Below are positions 13,801 to 25,977 of a stretch of DNA of 64,000 nt, piece after piece (the stretch's first letter is position 1; each line of letters begins with the position of its first letter). The notes under the pieces are model-generated. The model made no database searches and was not told the origin of the DNA. It saw only the letters and a list, made by a program, of their open reading frames with translations. Origin of the DNA: Camelus dromedarius (lineage: Eukaryota); the NCBI RefSeq assembly GCF_036321535.1, contig NC_087437.1:13890001-13954000 (forward strand), written 5' to 3'. A program made the position numbers and the translations under genes.

Positions 13801-16009
13801 TATTTGAGGCCTGTTGCATAGACTATTCACTTGAAAGGACTGAGGATCTTAATCTTAAAAGTAATGCACAAAGGTTTTTGATCACAATAAATTTGAGAAC
13901 CATTATTTTATAATAAATGCAAGCTTTTTCTGTACTTTACAAAAAGAAAGTAACATTGAATTTTCTCTATTTTGAGAGAACTGAAGAATACGCATTTCTG
14001 TGCGAAAGAGTATGTATGACACTTTGATGGTGGACAGTGGCTTTGTATTGTCTCTTTCTATTGATACTATTGTACATGCCTAGTTGATACAAGCTAGTTA
14101 AGAGTATTCAAGTCTGAAATAAACTTTCAAACAATGACTGACAAGTATGTTAACTCTTAGTACTTTGAAGTTTATTTCAGATGTCTGAATTAAGTTAACT
14201 AAATAGCAAATAAAATGCCTTTCCAGAGGAAACTGTGTCCTTAAGGGATTCTTTATTCACTGCCATATCATGGAACACAGCACAGTCTTACGTGCTTCTT
14301 TAATATTAGGTCAATCCATAGCAATACTTAATATGCAGTTTCTGATCTGACATGTTAGTTTTTTCTTCCATGAAAAAAAAAGTTGCCAGATGAAAAAAAT
14401 CATATTATAAAAAGTTGTTTCAAAGAAGAAAGCAATATCCATAAGGACGAGAAAGTTTAAGAATGGCGTAACATTTTTATTTTCAGGAATTAAAATAATA
14501 CAGGAGTGTGTTTGTTTTCATGTAAGTTAATGCAAATTTAGTCTGTTCAAAAGTCTGAACATCACCTCTCCAAAACTGAAGTAGATCCTCAGCTTTTGCT
14601 TCAGTGGCCTTGCTGCACTCTCAGACGGTCTTTCTTATCTTCATCAGCACGACCATTATTAGCACAACGTCTTTTTCTTGTTCTTATCGCCCAATTCTTT
14701 ATCACTGGTTGCTGTGAGTGCAAAATGCCCCGTAGATAAGGCAGTTAGTTGCCTCAAACACTTTCTAATTTATTTGAGTAACTTTAGTTTCCTGATTCTA
14801 AGTGACCTCAAGTTAATGGGTAATGTAAGTCATTTCTTAATAGGCTATCACATTAGAATAAATCTGTGAATGGTGAAAACTTAAGAAGTGGAAGAAACGC
14901 CTACTCCCTATAGGCATTTAACGATGTGTGTAAGTTTAGTTTCTGAAGAAAAGGAAACAAGTGCAGTAAATACAGTCAATAATGAATATTCATTTCTCAG
15001 CTGGGAGGAAGGGTGTTTGTTTCTACATTTCTTCATATCATATATATGGGGTCATCTGTCATAAATTTTTCATTTTGTCTACTTAAGTCTTTATTCCTTT
15101 TGTAGTTTGATTTTATGTAGCTTTATTTTTGCAATAAGCACTTGTTTTTTAGTATGATAATTTTTAAGAATTAGCCAACAAATTTATCTCATAGTCATAG
15201 AATTGCAAATTAAATTACTGTAATTTAAAAATGGCAATTTCTTTGTAGATAGTGAATAAAATGTGAGTATTTTCTTCATGAAGACATAAACTTAGTCTTT
15301 TCCTGGTGTTAGAGTGGTCATGAAGAAAAAAAACTGATGTGGTATTAATTGCTGTCTGATTGATAGTTTCTTTTAAAAGCGAGGGTAAGCTAGGTCAGAT
15401 TTGAATGCATGTTGACTTGTTATTGGATAGATTCGTCTGTTTTTAGCTATTTGATAAACATTTACTGAGCACCTGCTGTATGCAGTGCTGAGTACTGTGC
15501 TAGGAGTTAGAGTTTCAAAGATAAGAAGACAAGTACCTCCTTGAATTTCTGAAATCTTTTTTCTTTTCAACTTAGGACACTAGCAACTCAGTAAAAGTAA
15601 AATTTAAGGGAAAAGAATCTAAAATCGCAAGTATGACTAACATACCACACATGTAAGCTCATTTAGATTTTAATCTCTAAATCTTATATCCAAGGGGATT
15701 TTTAGGTAATCTTTGAAGGTTTAGGGCTGCTTGGGAAGGTTTTTAAATGACCTACAAGTATTTGCCCTAACCTTAAAGGGAAGCACAGCAGCCATTGCAG
15801 AGGAGAGCAGCACGGGGAACGCTTCGAAAGAAGGGAAGGGAAAGAGGAAAGTGGAATGGAATTCTCCTAAGAATTTTCTTATAACTCTCTTCCTAGGGAG
15901 GCTTTAGAGCTCAGTATCTGCAAGATAGCTCCAAGTTTACCAGTCATGGCAGTATTTTGGGCCTTGTTGGCACCTCACTTCAGGGACCTTTTGCTGCAGA
16001 ATCTAGGAT

Positions 16010-16175
16010 ATGCTTTCTCTAAGGTAGCTAGCCACTAACCATGTGTGACTCTTTAAATAAAATTTAAAATTCAGTTGCTCATTAGCCACATTTCAAGTGC
16101 TCAGTAGCTACCTTATTGGATAGTGTAGGTATAGAATGTTTCCATCATTTTGGAAAGTCCTCTTGCACAGCACTA
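16010..16175 (-). mobile_element. MER3-like hAT-Charlie non-autonomous DNA transposon
   Basis: tagccacatttcaagtgctcagtagc...tatagaatgtttccatcat...cagcact. Confidence 0.75.
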
Positions 16176-16849
16176 ATCAGGATGAAAAAGATACATGAGA
16201 AAAATGTTAAGAGAGGGCTTAGTTGTGTGGAGGAGGTAAGTGTAGAATTGAAAGGGGTATTTTCTTAACTGAGATCCTCTAATAAGATTTTTTGAATGTG
16301 CAACATCAGTTGACATTTGGGACATTGCAGGCATTTAATTCTTATGCTTTTGCTTCTAGAGTAAAATAAACAAATTCTGTAGTTTTATTTCAGGATTATA
16401 AAAATGGGCGTGTTTGACTCTCAAGGTGATTCTGAAGTTAGAATTTGTGAATTCACATTTCTCTCATAAATTTGATTTCATTGTGCAGTCTTCTAAGGCA
16501 GATATTGATTTAGGAAAATTTTATTTGTTTTCCTTTGTTCCCATTAATTGATTAAGCCTCTGAGGTTTTGAGACTTTCTAACTGTGTAAATCCTCATCCA
16601 CTTAACCAGTCCCTCAACTCTCGCTCCAGTTTAGAAAGTAGCAGATGAATGTTTTTATGTTAGAAAGAAGGGCTCTCATTTTTTAGATAGTTTCCCACTC
16701 CACTTTAGACATATGAAATTAGAGGGGGAAATTGTAATATAGCAATACTTTTTTGTATGAATATATGGTAAAGTTTAATAAGATCTATCATTTTTCCCCA
16801 AAATAGAAATTTTGTCATTTTTATTATATAATAGACTGATTAGAAAAAA

Positions 16850-17700
16850 GTGAGTAACAGGGAAATTAAAATGTGAAAGAGCTCTCTTGATCTTGATGGG
16901 AATACTCCTACTGTGTTACCATTGAGTCAGATAATGGCTGTCGGTTTAAGGTAATTATTCTTACTGTGTTGGTGATTTAAAGCAGAAACAAAATGATATT
17001 TTCCATAGATATCAAAAAGGCTTCTGATTGTACTTAACATCCATTTTTGATAATTAAAAATCTTTTACTAAAAAAAAAAAACTCTTAATAAAATACAGAT
17101 AGATATTTCAATAAATAGCTTTTTATAATATTAAATTCTGTTTTCCTAAAATGAACCATCTTTAGTCATGCTGTATTACTTTTAAGTATGCCATTTGATT
17201 CTTACTGCTAGTATTTATTTAAAAAATAGATTTGTGTATTTTTTTTCCCCTTTTTTTGTATTGTCTTCCTGGAGTTTAGTGTCAGTGAAAGAAGTGAGAC
17301 GCTGTCCTTAGTCTTTTCTGGAACAATTTAAGAAGCATGGGGTTTATTTGTTCTTTTAAGGTTTCATCTCCTTGTTTGAACTTGGTGCTTTTGTAAGATG
17401 TAATTCTTTGCAGCTTTCTTAAATTCTTCTATATAGTGGTTGACTTATTCTTAATTTTCAAATTTATCAGTGTAAACTTACATATATTATTTTTTATTTT
17501 TTCTATATCTATGGTTATAAATTCTTTCATTCTTAATTTTGTTTTTTTAGATCTATTTTATTATTTTATTTCCAAATATTTTAATTTTAATTTTCCTATT
17601 CATTTTTTCAGTTTAATTCTTCACTTTTAGATAAGTTTTTCTAACTCAATTTCCACTTTTATTATTATGAATTCTTCCCTCTTCTGAAGGATTACTGATT
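16850..17700 (-). mobile_element. Very old L1 ORF2 remnant with an internal inverted segment
   Basis: Degenerate similarity to the L1 ORF2 copy at 28980-29600 of this window. Confidence 0.6.
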
Positions 17701-18302
17701 TCCAAATGGTTTTTCTCCTTTAGATATATTTGTTGCTTTAAGTGAAGAAAGTGAAATGAGAAGTGAAAATTGCTTGTCTGTGGTGCAGGCTTCCTATTTC
17801 TATAAAATTGCAACATTTAGTAGGTAGCTGCTTAAATAGAAATTTAAATTCCAGAATAGGACTGTGACGGACCAGTTGTAGGCCATAGCTTTTCCTTCAT
17901 TGCATCATGGTCTTGTTGAAAGGATATTTTGAAAGAATTCATAGTGTACAGTGACTTTTTTTTTTTTTTAATAAAGTTTTCCCATTTAGAATCTTTTGGC
18001 ATCCTCTGGCAGTGCTTTGCTAACTTCATGTACACTAACAACACAAGGTTGTTTGTATATGTCATACTTTTCTATTTAAGGATTTTATTATGCTTTCACA
18101 GCAAAATGGGTGGTGGATGGGTTTTATTACCAGTAGAACATTAAAAATGTGAGAATATAAAACTAAGTTGTATTTAGTTACCATCAATCAGTCAATACAT
18201 TTCAGTTTATTGGTTGAAATGTTCCTTTTGTGTTACATGTATTTTCTTATAAAATGTTTCTTTTATTTAGGACTAAATTTAAATACTTGTCTTCCTTTGT
18301 AG

Positions 18303-18378
18303 GTATAAGCGTGTCTTTTCAGTTGGAACCCATGCAGTTACTACATATAATCCCAATACCTTAGAAGTAACAAATCAG
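18303..18378 (+). CDS. DNAJC13: DNAJC13 exon 3: [25 protein letters not shown]
   Basis: ctttgtag|G ... CAG|gtaatc; 76 nt, phase fits exon 2. Confidence 0.96.
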
Positions 18379-18973
18379 GTAATCATCTTAGAAGCTATTA
18401 GGTGTTTGTTTGAACTCTGAGTTTTAAAAGCCAAGTTATGACTGGCCTGAAATCAGTATTTAGGTTAGAAATGTCAAATCTGAAAAAGATTAATATACTT
18501 ATATAATGCTCAATGTTCAGGACCAAACATAAATAAATAAAGGGGGCATGTGTGTGCTTTTTTCTAGGCTCTAAAGGGTATAAACGTTTTGATATCTTAC
18601 TATTGAGTTTAGCCATATTTTTAATGTAAAATTTGTAAATTAGTTCTTTATAATTTTAAAGGCAGTTTTGTTACTATAATACAGGGATGCATAAGTCACA
18701 AGTGACTAGTTGGAAAATATTTGTCGTGAAAGTACAGTTACTGTTTATAAAGGCAAGATTAATCTGAACATGGATAAGTGAACATTTTTAAATATATTCT
18801 GGTTTACTTTAATTCTAAATTAGGCATGTTTTATAGATAACCTTTTTTGTTGTTTCTTACAGATTTGTAGGTAATCATAAAATGTTATTCCCCACTTCTT
18901 TTCATGTCTGTGTATTTTAATTGCTTTGGATTAATGTCAGTAATCATTGAAACTGGAATACAGATAGGACTTT

Positions 18974-19107
18974 GGTTTTAATTTGTTTTTGTTTTTTTTT
19001 AGGGGGTAATTAGGTTTATTTATTTATTAGTGGAGGTACTGGGGATCGAACCCAGGACCTTGTGCATGCTAAGCGCACACTCTACCACTGAGCTATACCC
19101 TTCCCCC
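18974..19107 (-). mobile_element. tRNA-Ala-derived SINE (Vic-1-like), copy 3, best preserved
   Basis: Intact A and B boxes; TSD AGATAGGACTTT (18962) / AGACAGGACTTT (19109). Confidence 0.9.
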
Positions 19108-19323
19108 AAGACAGGACTTTTTAAAATTGTCTTCTGATGACTGAAAATGTTTAAAAGAGTTTGTGTTACAGAATTAACGCAATTAAAAACATTTTCTAGA
19201 CTTCATTACTGTTTTGTAAAATTTTCTCATTTAATCAGTGATTATGAAAGTAAAGTAGTCAATATAAGTGTTGCTGTTCATATATTGTAACACCAGATGA
19301 AAGAATTCCTTTCTTATTGTTAG

Positions 19324-19473
19324 TGGCCTTATGGAGACATTTGCAGCATCAGCCCTGTTGGAAAAGGGCAAGGAACAGAGTTCAACCTCACATTTCGTAA
19401 AGGCAGTGGAAAAAAGTCAGAAACATTAAAATTTTCTACAGAGCACAGAACAGAACTTCTTACAGAAGCATTG
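19324..19473 (+). CDS. DNAJC13: DNAJC13 exon 4: [50 protein letters not shown]
   Basis: ttgttag|TGG ... TTG|gtaaga; 150 nt. Confidence 0.96.
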
Positions 19474-19902
19474 GTAAGAATTGTTCCATGTTAATACACT
19501 TAATTTATCTCTTCTCTTTTTTATTGAAACAGTTACATTAAAGTACAGATATTAATGTTCTAAGCCCCTGTTCCTAGTGTGCTTATTTTTTTCTTCTTGA
19601 CCTTTAACTTGGCACTTTGAAACTTCTACTTTTTTCTTACTGAAATTCTGTAAAATGCTTTGTATTTCCTAGTTTTTAGTCTTTTAAAAAGCATTATACA
19701 TGGCAAAGCAGTTGTATGTCTAATTTATTCCTGTTTTTCAATAAAATGCCATATACTTCTTATTGAATATCCTTAAACTATAACCTTTTTTTATTTCAAG
19801 GTTACCAAGTTGGGATTTTACTTACTTTGAATAGACAGTACTGAACTGTGAGTCTTCCTTACCAGTCTGTTGTTAAACTATGTTTATGTTTTTCTCTTTC
19901 AG

Positions 19903-19944
19903 AGATTTAGAACTGATTTTTCAGAAGGAAAAATAACAGGAAGG
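19903..19944 (+). CDS. DNAJC13: DNAJC13 exon 5: RFRTDFSEGKITGR (GC donor)
   Basis: ctctttcag|AGA ... AGG|gcaagt; 42 nt, in frame with exons 4 and 6. Confidence 0.92.
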
Positions 19945-22356
19945 GCAAGTATTTAACTTTATTAATATCAATTTTTATTTGTTCAAATGTTGCCTTTAGA
20001 AATCCTTCCATGATCTCTGTGTTCCTTTTATGGCAAAGCTAAAGAGGGAAAAAACAATTCTAACGTCTCCTGATGCCATGTGATAGATGAATGTAGTTTA
20101 ACAGGAAACTCAAATGTGAGTAATTAGACTAAAGACTGTTAGTGCTGATAGTTGGGGAAAAAATCTTCAGGCAGAACTCTGGAGCATTGAAAATAATACT
20201 TAAATCATTTAGGTAGTCTTTATTCAGTATTATGAACAGTAGCAGAAGCTTCACACTGCTGATAATACTTGTTGGAACATGCAGTCGTTGCTTGGTGTAT
20301 GAGGTTCCTATTTCAGAAGCATTACAAAGTTTTAAGAAGGTTTGTGTATTGATACTGTCTCTTTGTGTGTTCTTGCACTGGATCTGGCCAGTGATGAAGC
20401 TTTGCCTGGTGCGCTGACAGCTTTGAGGACGTCATGGTTGCTTTTTAGAATCAACTTGCCCAAGCCTTCTCTAGTCATGTCACAGCAGCATTTAAACTAG
20501 ATCAAGACCTTCTGGGGAGGGGAAATGGGAGTTGTTGCTTTTTTCATTCCCTTGATTTCATCAATTTCTTTCTTTCCATGAGAGGGTGTTGCTTTTATAA
20601 TGGGGGCAGGGGGGTGGTACACAGAGTAATGCTTAGACTCATCGCATTGTCCAGAACCCTAGCTTCTGACGAAAGGCAGGAACTGAATTCTGATATGCTG
20701 GCAGCGCCGAGCCCCTGTCTTGTTGAAGCCCTCATCCTCTCTGTGGACGTTCTGCTCCTTGTTTTAGTATCCCAGAAGCCTCACTGATCTCAACTCGAGC
20801 AATTGGCTGGTTGCCCAGGAGCCATTTAAAATAGCTTAATGGCATTTGGTGAACTGCTTGATTCTTATCCTGATAAGCCATAGTCAGATTTTCTATAAAT
20901 CGTAATTTGGTATGCTTATTTTAATTATTTTTTGTTAATGGCTGAGTTTTCTGTATCTCTCTTCTGTTTGGAAAACAACAGCTTCCAAAAGCATACTTAC
21001 AGATTTTGCTTATAAGCTCCTCTTTGTATCAGTTAACTTCAACAATTTAAAACTTTTCAGAGCTTTGTGGTGGAAGCAGTGTCCCTAGAGGGTTGTCTGA
21101 AGGGCAGCACTCTTACATAAGTTGATTTTGGCCTCGGGCCCCCCATTCCCCCTAGTTGCACTCTAAATCAGGGTCTTGCACGTCTGTCTCGGCGGCACCC
21201 ACGATCCTGAAGGACAGCGATGTGTCTCCATTGGCAAATCTTAATTACTTCACAGGTGGTTATCAGCTGGGAGGAATGGGAAATAGCCTGCAGAGTGGGC
21301 TAGGGGCATATAAACAGGCATAGCTGGGGAAGGCACCATTTTTATGGCCTCCCTTCTACCCCCCGACTCCTGCTTTAGGGGTGTGGCACTGCTCCATCCT
21401 TTAATTCAGAATCAAAGCTCTAAATATGCTCTTGTGTTAATGCAGGCCCTTTGTCTTTCTGCAGCATTCCTTTAATGAAACCATAATGTGCATGATGCTG
21501 TAGGTCCGCAGTGCTGAGAGGATTGACGTGGTACGATCTTAATGGAGCTCATTGCTGGTTCAGTGTTGGAGTGTTAGTGGAGGTGTTTTTTTGTTTAATG
21601 CCTTAGTGTCTTTCTGAACACTTACAAGAATCTCTTATTTCAGTATTAGAGATAGTACTCTTCAGCAACATCCAATTTATTTTTACCTTAAGAATTATAT
21701 AACTGACCATGTGTTTCTTTTCATATTGATGATGAGAAAACTTTTGGACTTTTTCGGTGGACAAGGAAGTGTTCATTTCATATCTGACATTTTGTTATCT
21801 TTATTTTTTCTTGCTTCCTTTTGCCTTTATTTTAAATTATTCTGTACACATCATTTTAGTTAGCAGCCTGAACTAAACATTTTTTTTTCTTTTTAGGAAT
21901 AAAACTGAGTAGTAAATGGATGTTGACCATTGTAATTACTTTTAATACTAATACTTTAATTTACAAAGGAGTATTATCTAAATGGAACTTTACTTGTAAA
22001 TGCAAGTAATCAAATTTCTAAAGATAACTTTCCATTGGTGTGATTAGAAAAACCTAGGGTCAAACTGAGGCTTCAGTTTTTTGGTATGTATAGAAAGAAA
22101 CTCTACATTAATGTACTGAAATGGCTTGGGTTGTTTAAATTGAAGACTGTAGCAGTCCTGATGTGACCTTAGCTCTTTTCCATAGCTAACTTGATTAAAA
22201 GGATCCATCAACGAAAGTTGAAATCTTTTCCCTAATAAAACTCAGGACAACACGTGTATTTAGGATTTGCCTTTAAAAAAATTTTTTTATGGATTTGCAT
22301 ATGTGTAATTTAAAATTATTTCCCAAAATATTGTAACCCAAACCTTTGTTAATTTA

Positions 22357-22405
22357 TCTTATTTATTTGTTTATTTATTGGGGTGGGGAGATTCAGTTTG
22401 TTTGT

Positions 22406-22436
<31 letters not shown>

Positions 22437-22523
22437 CTTATTTTTAATGAAGATACTGGAGTTTGACCAGGACCTCCTACGTGCTAAGCACGCACTCTAC
22501 CACCAAAATGTACCCTTCCCCCC
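22357..22523 (-). mobile_element. tRNA-Ala-derived SINE (Vic-1-like), copy 4, with (TTTA)n
   Basis: TSD core CTTTGTTAATTTA at 22344-22356 and 22528-22540. Confidence 0.88.
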
Positions 22524-22785
22524 AAAACTTTGTTAATTTAAAAAAGATATACTGTCTTCAGATAGTGTGAACATTCTTAATTGAATAAACACAAACCTCC
22601 AAATGGCTAAAATAAAAATGTTTTTAACAACTTGGATAGTAGCTCTAAATATTTATAACATTGTTTAGCTTTTTGGTTGTTTCAGCAGTGACTGATACAT
22701 TAAATGTAACTATATCTTATGGTAAATTTAAATATGAATCTAAAATATCTAGAATCTAAAAGTATTATTCTCTCTCTCTCCCTAG

Positions 22786-22986
22786 AGATATAATTGCTAT
22801 AAGCATCACTGGAGTGATGTAAGAAAACCTGTCATTTTGGAAGTAACTCCAGGAGGCTTTGACCAAATCAATCCTGCAACCAACAGAGTCCTCTGTTCCT
22901 ACGACTATAGAAATATTGAAGGTTTTGTAGATCTCTCTGATTATCAAGGAGGGTTTTGTATACTTTATGGAGGATTTAGTAGATTG
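22786..22986 (+). CDS. DNAJC13: DNAJC13 exon 6: [24 protein letters not shown]...ILYGGFSRL
   Basis: ctccctag|AGA ... TTG|gtaagt; 201 nt. Confidence 0.96.
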
Positions 22987-23074
22987 GTAAGTAGTGTTTT
23001 TGAAAAGGGACACAACCATTTGAAGGAAAGCACAGTTTTTACACCTCATTTTGAAATGTCTTGTGAGTCCTCTG

Positions 23075-23290
23075 GGAGGAAGTTTGGTATTAAGAGTGCA
23101 GGCTTTGGTATCAGAGACCTGAGCTTGAATCTCAATTTGCAGGTCTCTAAAATGAGGAGAGTACCATGCATGAAATAGGGTTTTTGTTTTTGTTTTGGAA
23201 TGGGTGAGGTAATTATAAAATGCTTATTAGCACAGTGTGTGGCTTAATATTTAATAAGTGGTAGTTACGGTTTTATTTTTGTTAGTATTA
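23075..23290 (+). mobile_element. MIR SINE remnant
   Basis: ggctttggtatcagagacctgagcttgaatctc...tagcacagtgtgtggc. Confidence 0.7.
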
Positions 23291-24445
23291 ATGTCTTACA
23301 TGAAAGCTTTCTTTGAAAAAGTAATTTAAAATCTTTTTTTTAAATAGTCGTCTTTCCTTTGCCCAGAAATCTGCATATTCATTGCAACTTCAAATTTGGA
23401 ATTCATTGCATGTTTTTGTCTTGAAATTCTGAATTATATGGAAATTGTGGGGTACAGCAGAAGCCACTTAAGATGCTGGGACCCTGTTTGTTAATTGGCA
23501 TAGAAGTTGAGCTGTAGATGGTGATCATCTTTTATTTTTACGAGGAACATCTTGCCTTCCTTAATTAAACCCCACATCTCAAAGATGAGCATGAGTGTGT
23601 CCACATGAAGAGACTCAACTGAACTTACTCTCAAGAATCCTTTCTCCTTGAGAATTTTAAATCCTGTAGCTACCTTAATTTCCTGGGAACACTATTGCAA
23701 GATTAAGTGTTCTGTAGATAAATTATCCATACCTGAGTAGCAGAGCCAAGGCAAGTCTTTTAGTCTTACAAGGAGCTAGAGGGCAGCAAAAGGGAAGCAA
23801 AAAGAATGATGCAGGGTATGAATAATCTGACTACAAAATATTTTAGCTCTTCAAAGTTATAGGCCTTTTCCCAACCTAGATTTCTCTCTTTACCCAGGTG
23901 ATGATGGGTACCATCCCAGTGTCCCTCATCCAGGAATACACATGTAGATATTTTGCAGCCTCTGAGTCTAGCCCCAAAAGATGAAGGCCCAAAGAGAAAA
24001 TCTGTTCTTTCTCCCACCCTAAATCAGCCTAAAGCCTGCTTTCATAGTGGTGTCCAAAGGTTTGTCTCTTCCCTGGGTGGTGGAAATCTATGATTAACCC
24101 TTTGGTGGAAATCATACTTAATTACAGGAATATGGCCTCACAGACCTTAACAGAGTAACTTTTTCGCAGTACTTCAGCCAAGCCTTACAGTGCATAAGGT
24201 AAAACATTAAGGCTGAGAATTGTGATACTCCTCAGTTGCTAACATTTTTTATTGCTTGATGGCATCAAGCAGTTTTAATAATCATCTACTTTATAAGCAT
24301 ACTCTCTGCCTTTAAAAAGACACTAGCTAAAATGAGTCAATTCACTACAGATATGAAACCATGATGGATTAATTCAACAAACCTGGTACCTTCTGCGTAC
24401 ATAGTGATGACAGTAAGCTGCTGAGAATAAAATCAAGATCTGATT

Positions 24446-24620
24446 CAGTGTTTCTCAGCAGAGGTGCTAATGGCATTCTAGGTGTGACAGTTTATGACAG
24501 GTATGACAGGTATGACAGTTTTTTCTTGTGTGGGACTCTCCTGCCCTGCCCTTTGCAGGACAGTAAGCATTTCTGGCTTCCAGGTACCAAATGCAAGTAC
24601 CAATACCTCATCCTTAACCT
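24446..24620. mobile_element. MER117/MER20-like hAT remnant with an internal 9-bp tandem repeat
   Basis: cagtgtttctcagcagaggtgctaatggcatt...gtgtgggactctcc...gcaggac. Confidence 0.55.
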
Positions 24621-25116
24621 TTGTGGATACACTCCTGGAGGTTGATTTGTAATATTCATAGGCAAATGACTTGTAAACATTGAAACGTTCCTCAAGGTAA
24701 TCTTGTAAAAAAGCTCACTGTATAAAAACAGATGAAGTCAGAACTACCTTAGTTGAAACTGGGAATCCTGCCCACATAGTACCTACCACCCTAACTGGAC
24801 TTGGCTGGGGCCCTTGGGGCCTCTCTTGGAAGCCCCAGAGTGCTGTTTCCACACAGTAATGAGAACCAGACTCTGAGAAGTTATGAGTTAATTTCCATTC
24901 AGTGATTATTTGCAAGGCTTGCTATCCCAGACTTTGTGATTTTAATTTAGAAATAGTGTTTCAGCCACATACACTACTAATTTACTTCTGATAAGATCTA
25001 CCTTCTTTTTTTTTTAACTAGAATTGCTCCTTCAGTCTCTTTACTGTGAGTTGATTCAATATGGTCACATTTTAGTTATTTCAACCCTGACTTTGTAAAT
25101 TTCAAAATTTGTGCAG

Positions 25117-25323
25117 CATTTATTTGCATCAGAGCAAAGAGAAGAAATTATCAAAAGTGCGATAGATCATGCTGGCAACTACATAGGTATTTCATTGCGG
25201 ATCAGAAAAGAACCTTTAGAATTTGAGCAATATTTGAATCTTCGCTTTGGGAAATACAGCACTGATGAATCCATCACATCTTTAGCAGAGTTTGTAGTCC
25301 AAAAAATATCACCTAGACATTCG
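25117..25323 (+). CDS. DNAJC13: DNAJC13 exon 7: [20 protein letters not shown]...QKISPRHS
   Basis: gtgcag|CAT ... TCG|gtaaga; 207 nt. Confidence 0.96.
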
Positions 25324-25416
25324 GTAAGATCCATGTGTTAAAAATAAAAAAGTTGTTCATCTAATTCTGACATTTTTCTTCAATAACTTTTTAATACGTA
25401 TCAATTTTGTTTGAAG

Positions 25417-25512
25417 GAACCTGTAAAAAGAATTCTAGCACTTACAGAAACATGTTTAGTAGAACGTGATCCAGCAACCTATAATATTGCAACATTGAAG
25501 CCATTAGGAGAA
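25417..25512 (+). CDS. DNAJC13: DNAJC13 exon 8: [32 protein letters not shown]
   Basis: gtttgaag|GAA ... GAA|gtaagt; 96 nt. Confidence 0.95.
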
Positions 25513-25885
25513 GTAAGTTTCAGCAATATTACGTTAAATGAGATTTCTTCCTATTGATAAATTAGAATAGTATTCTTTGTTTTAATATTTTTCATGCCTA
25601 AGGAATGGGAAACAAAGAATCTGTATTCTTCACATTATTGTATTTATTGATCTTAGAACAATGAATGTTACAAAATTTTTGTTCAAATGTACAATGAATG
25701 AAACTTTTTATTCAGTAATTATATGCAAATTTGAATGAGACTTTTAAAAAGCTCTTAAATTCTGATATTATAAACAAGTTACATTTTAAACTACTTTTGT
25801 CAGCTAAATGATGGTATGTAATTTTTCTAAGGAAATACCATAAAACTAAACATCTTTCATTGAATTTAGTTTTTGTTTTCCTTAG

Positions 25886-25977
25886 GTATTTGCATTGGTT
25901 TGTGACTCGGAAAATCCACAACTTTTTAGTATTGAATTTATAAAAGGGCAAATACGGAAATACTCTTCAACAGAGAG
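25886..25977 (+). CDS. DNAJC13: DNAJC13 exon 9: [31 protein letters not shown]
   Basis: ttccttag|GTA ... AG|gtattt; 92 nt. Confidence 0.95.

Noticed and set aside
19031..19107. Functional tRNA-Ala gene
   Set aside because: The top of the acceptor stem is broken (AAGGGTA vs TACCTCC), the anticodon stem has a mismatch, and it has a SINE tail, a TSD and four sibling copies.
23178..23216. Possible extra SINE tail fragment (gggtgaggtaatta)
   Set aside because: Better explained as a degenerate part of the surrounding MIR; no TSD.
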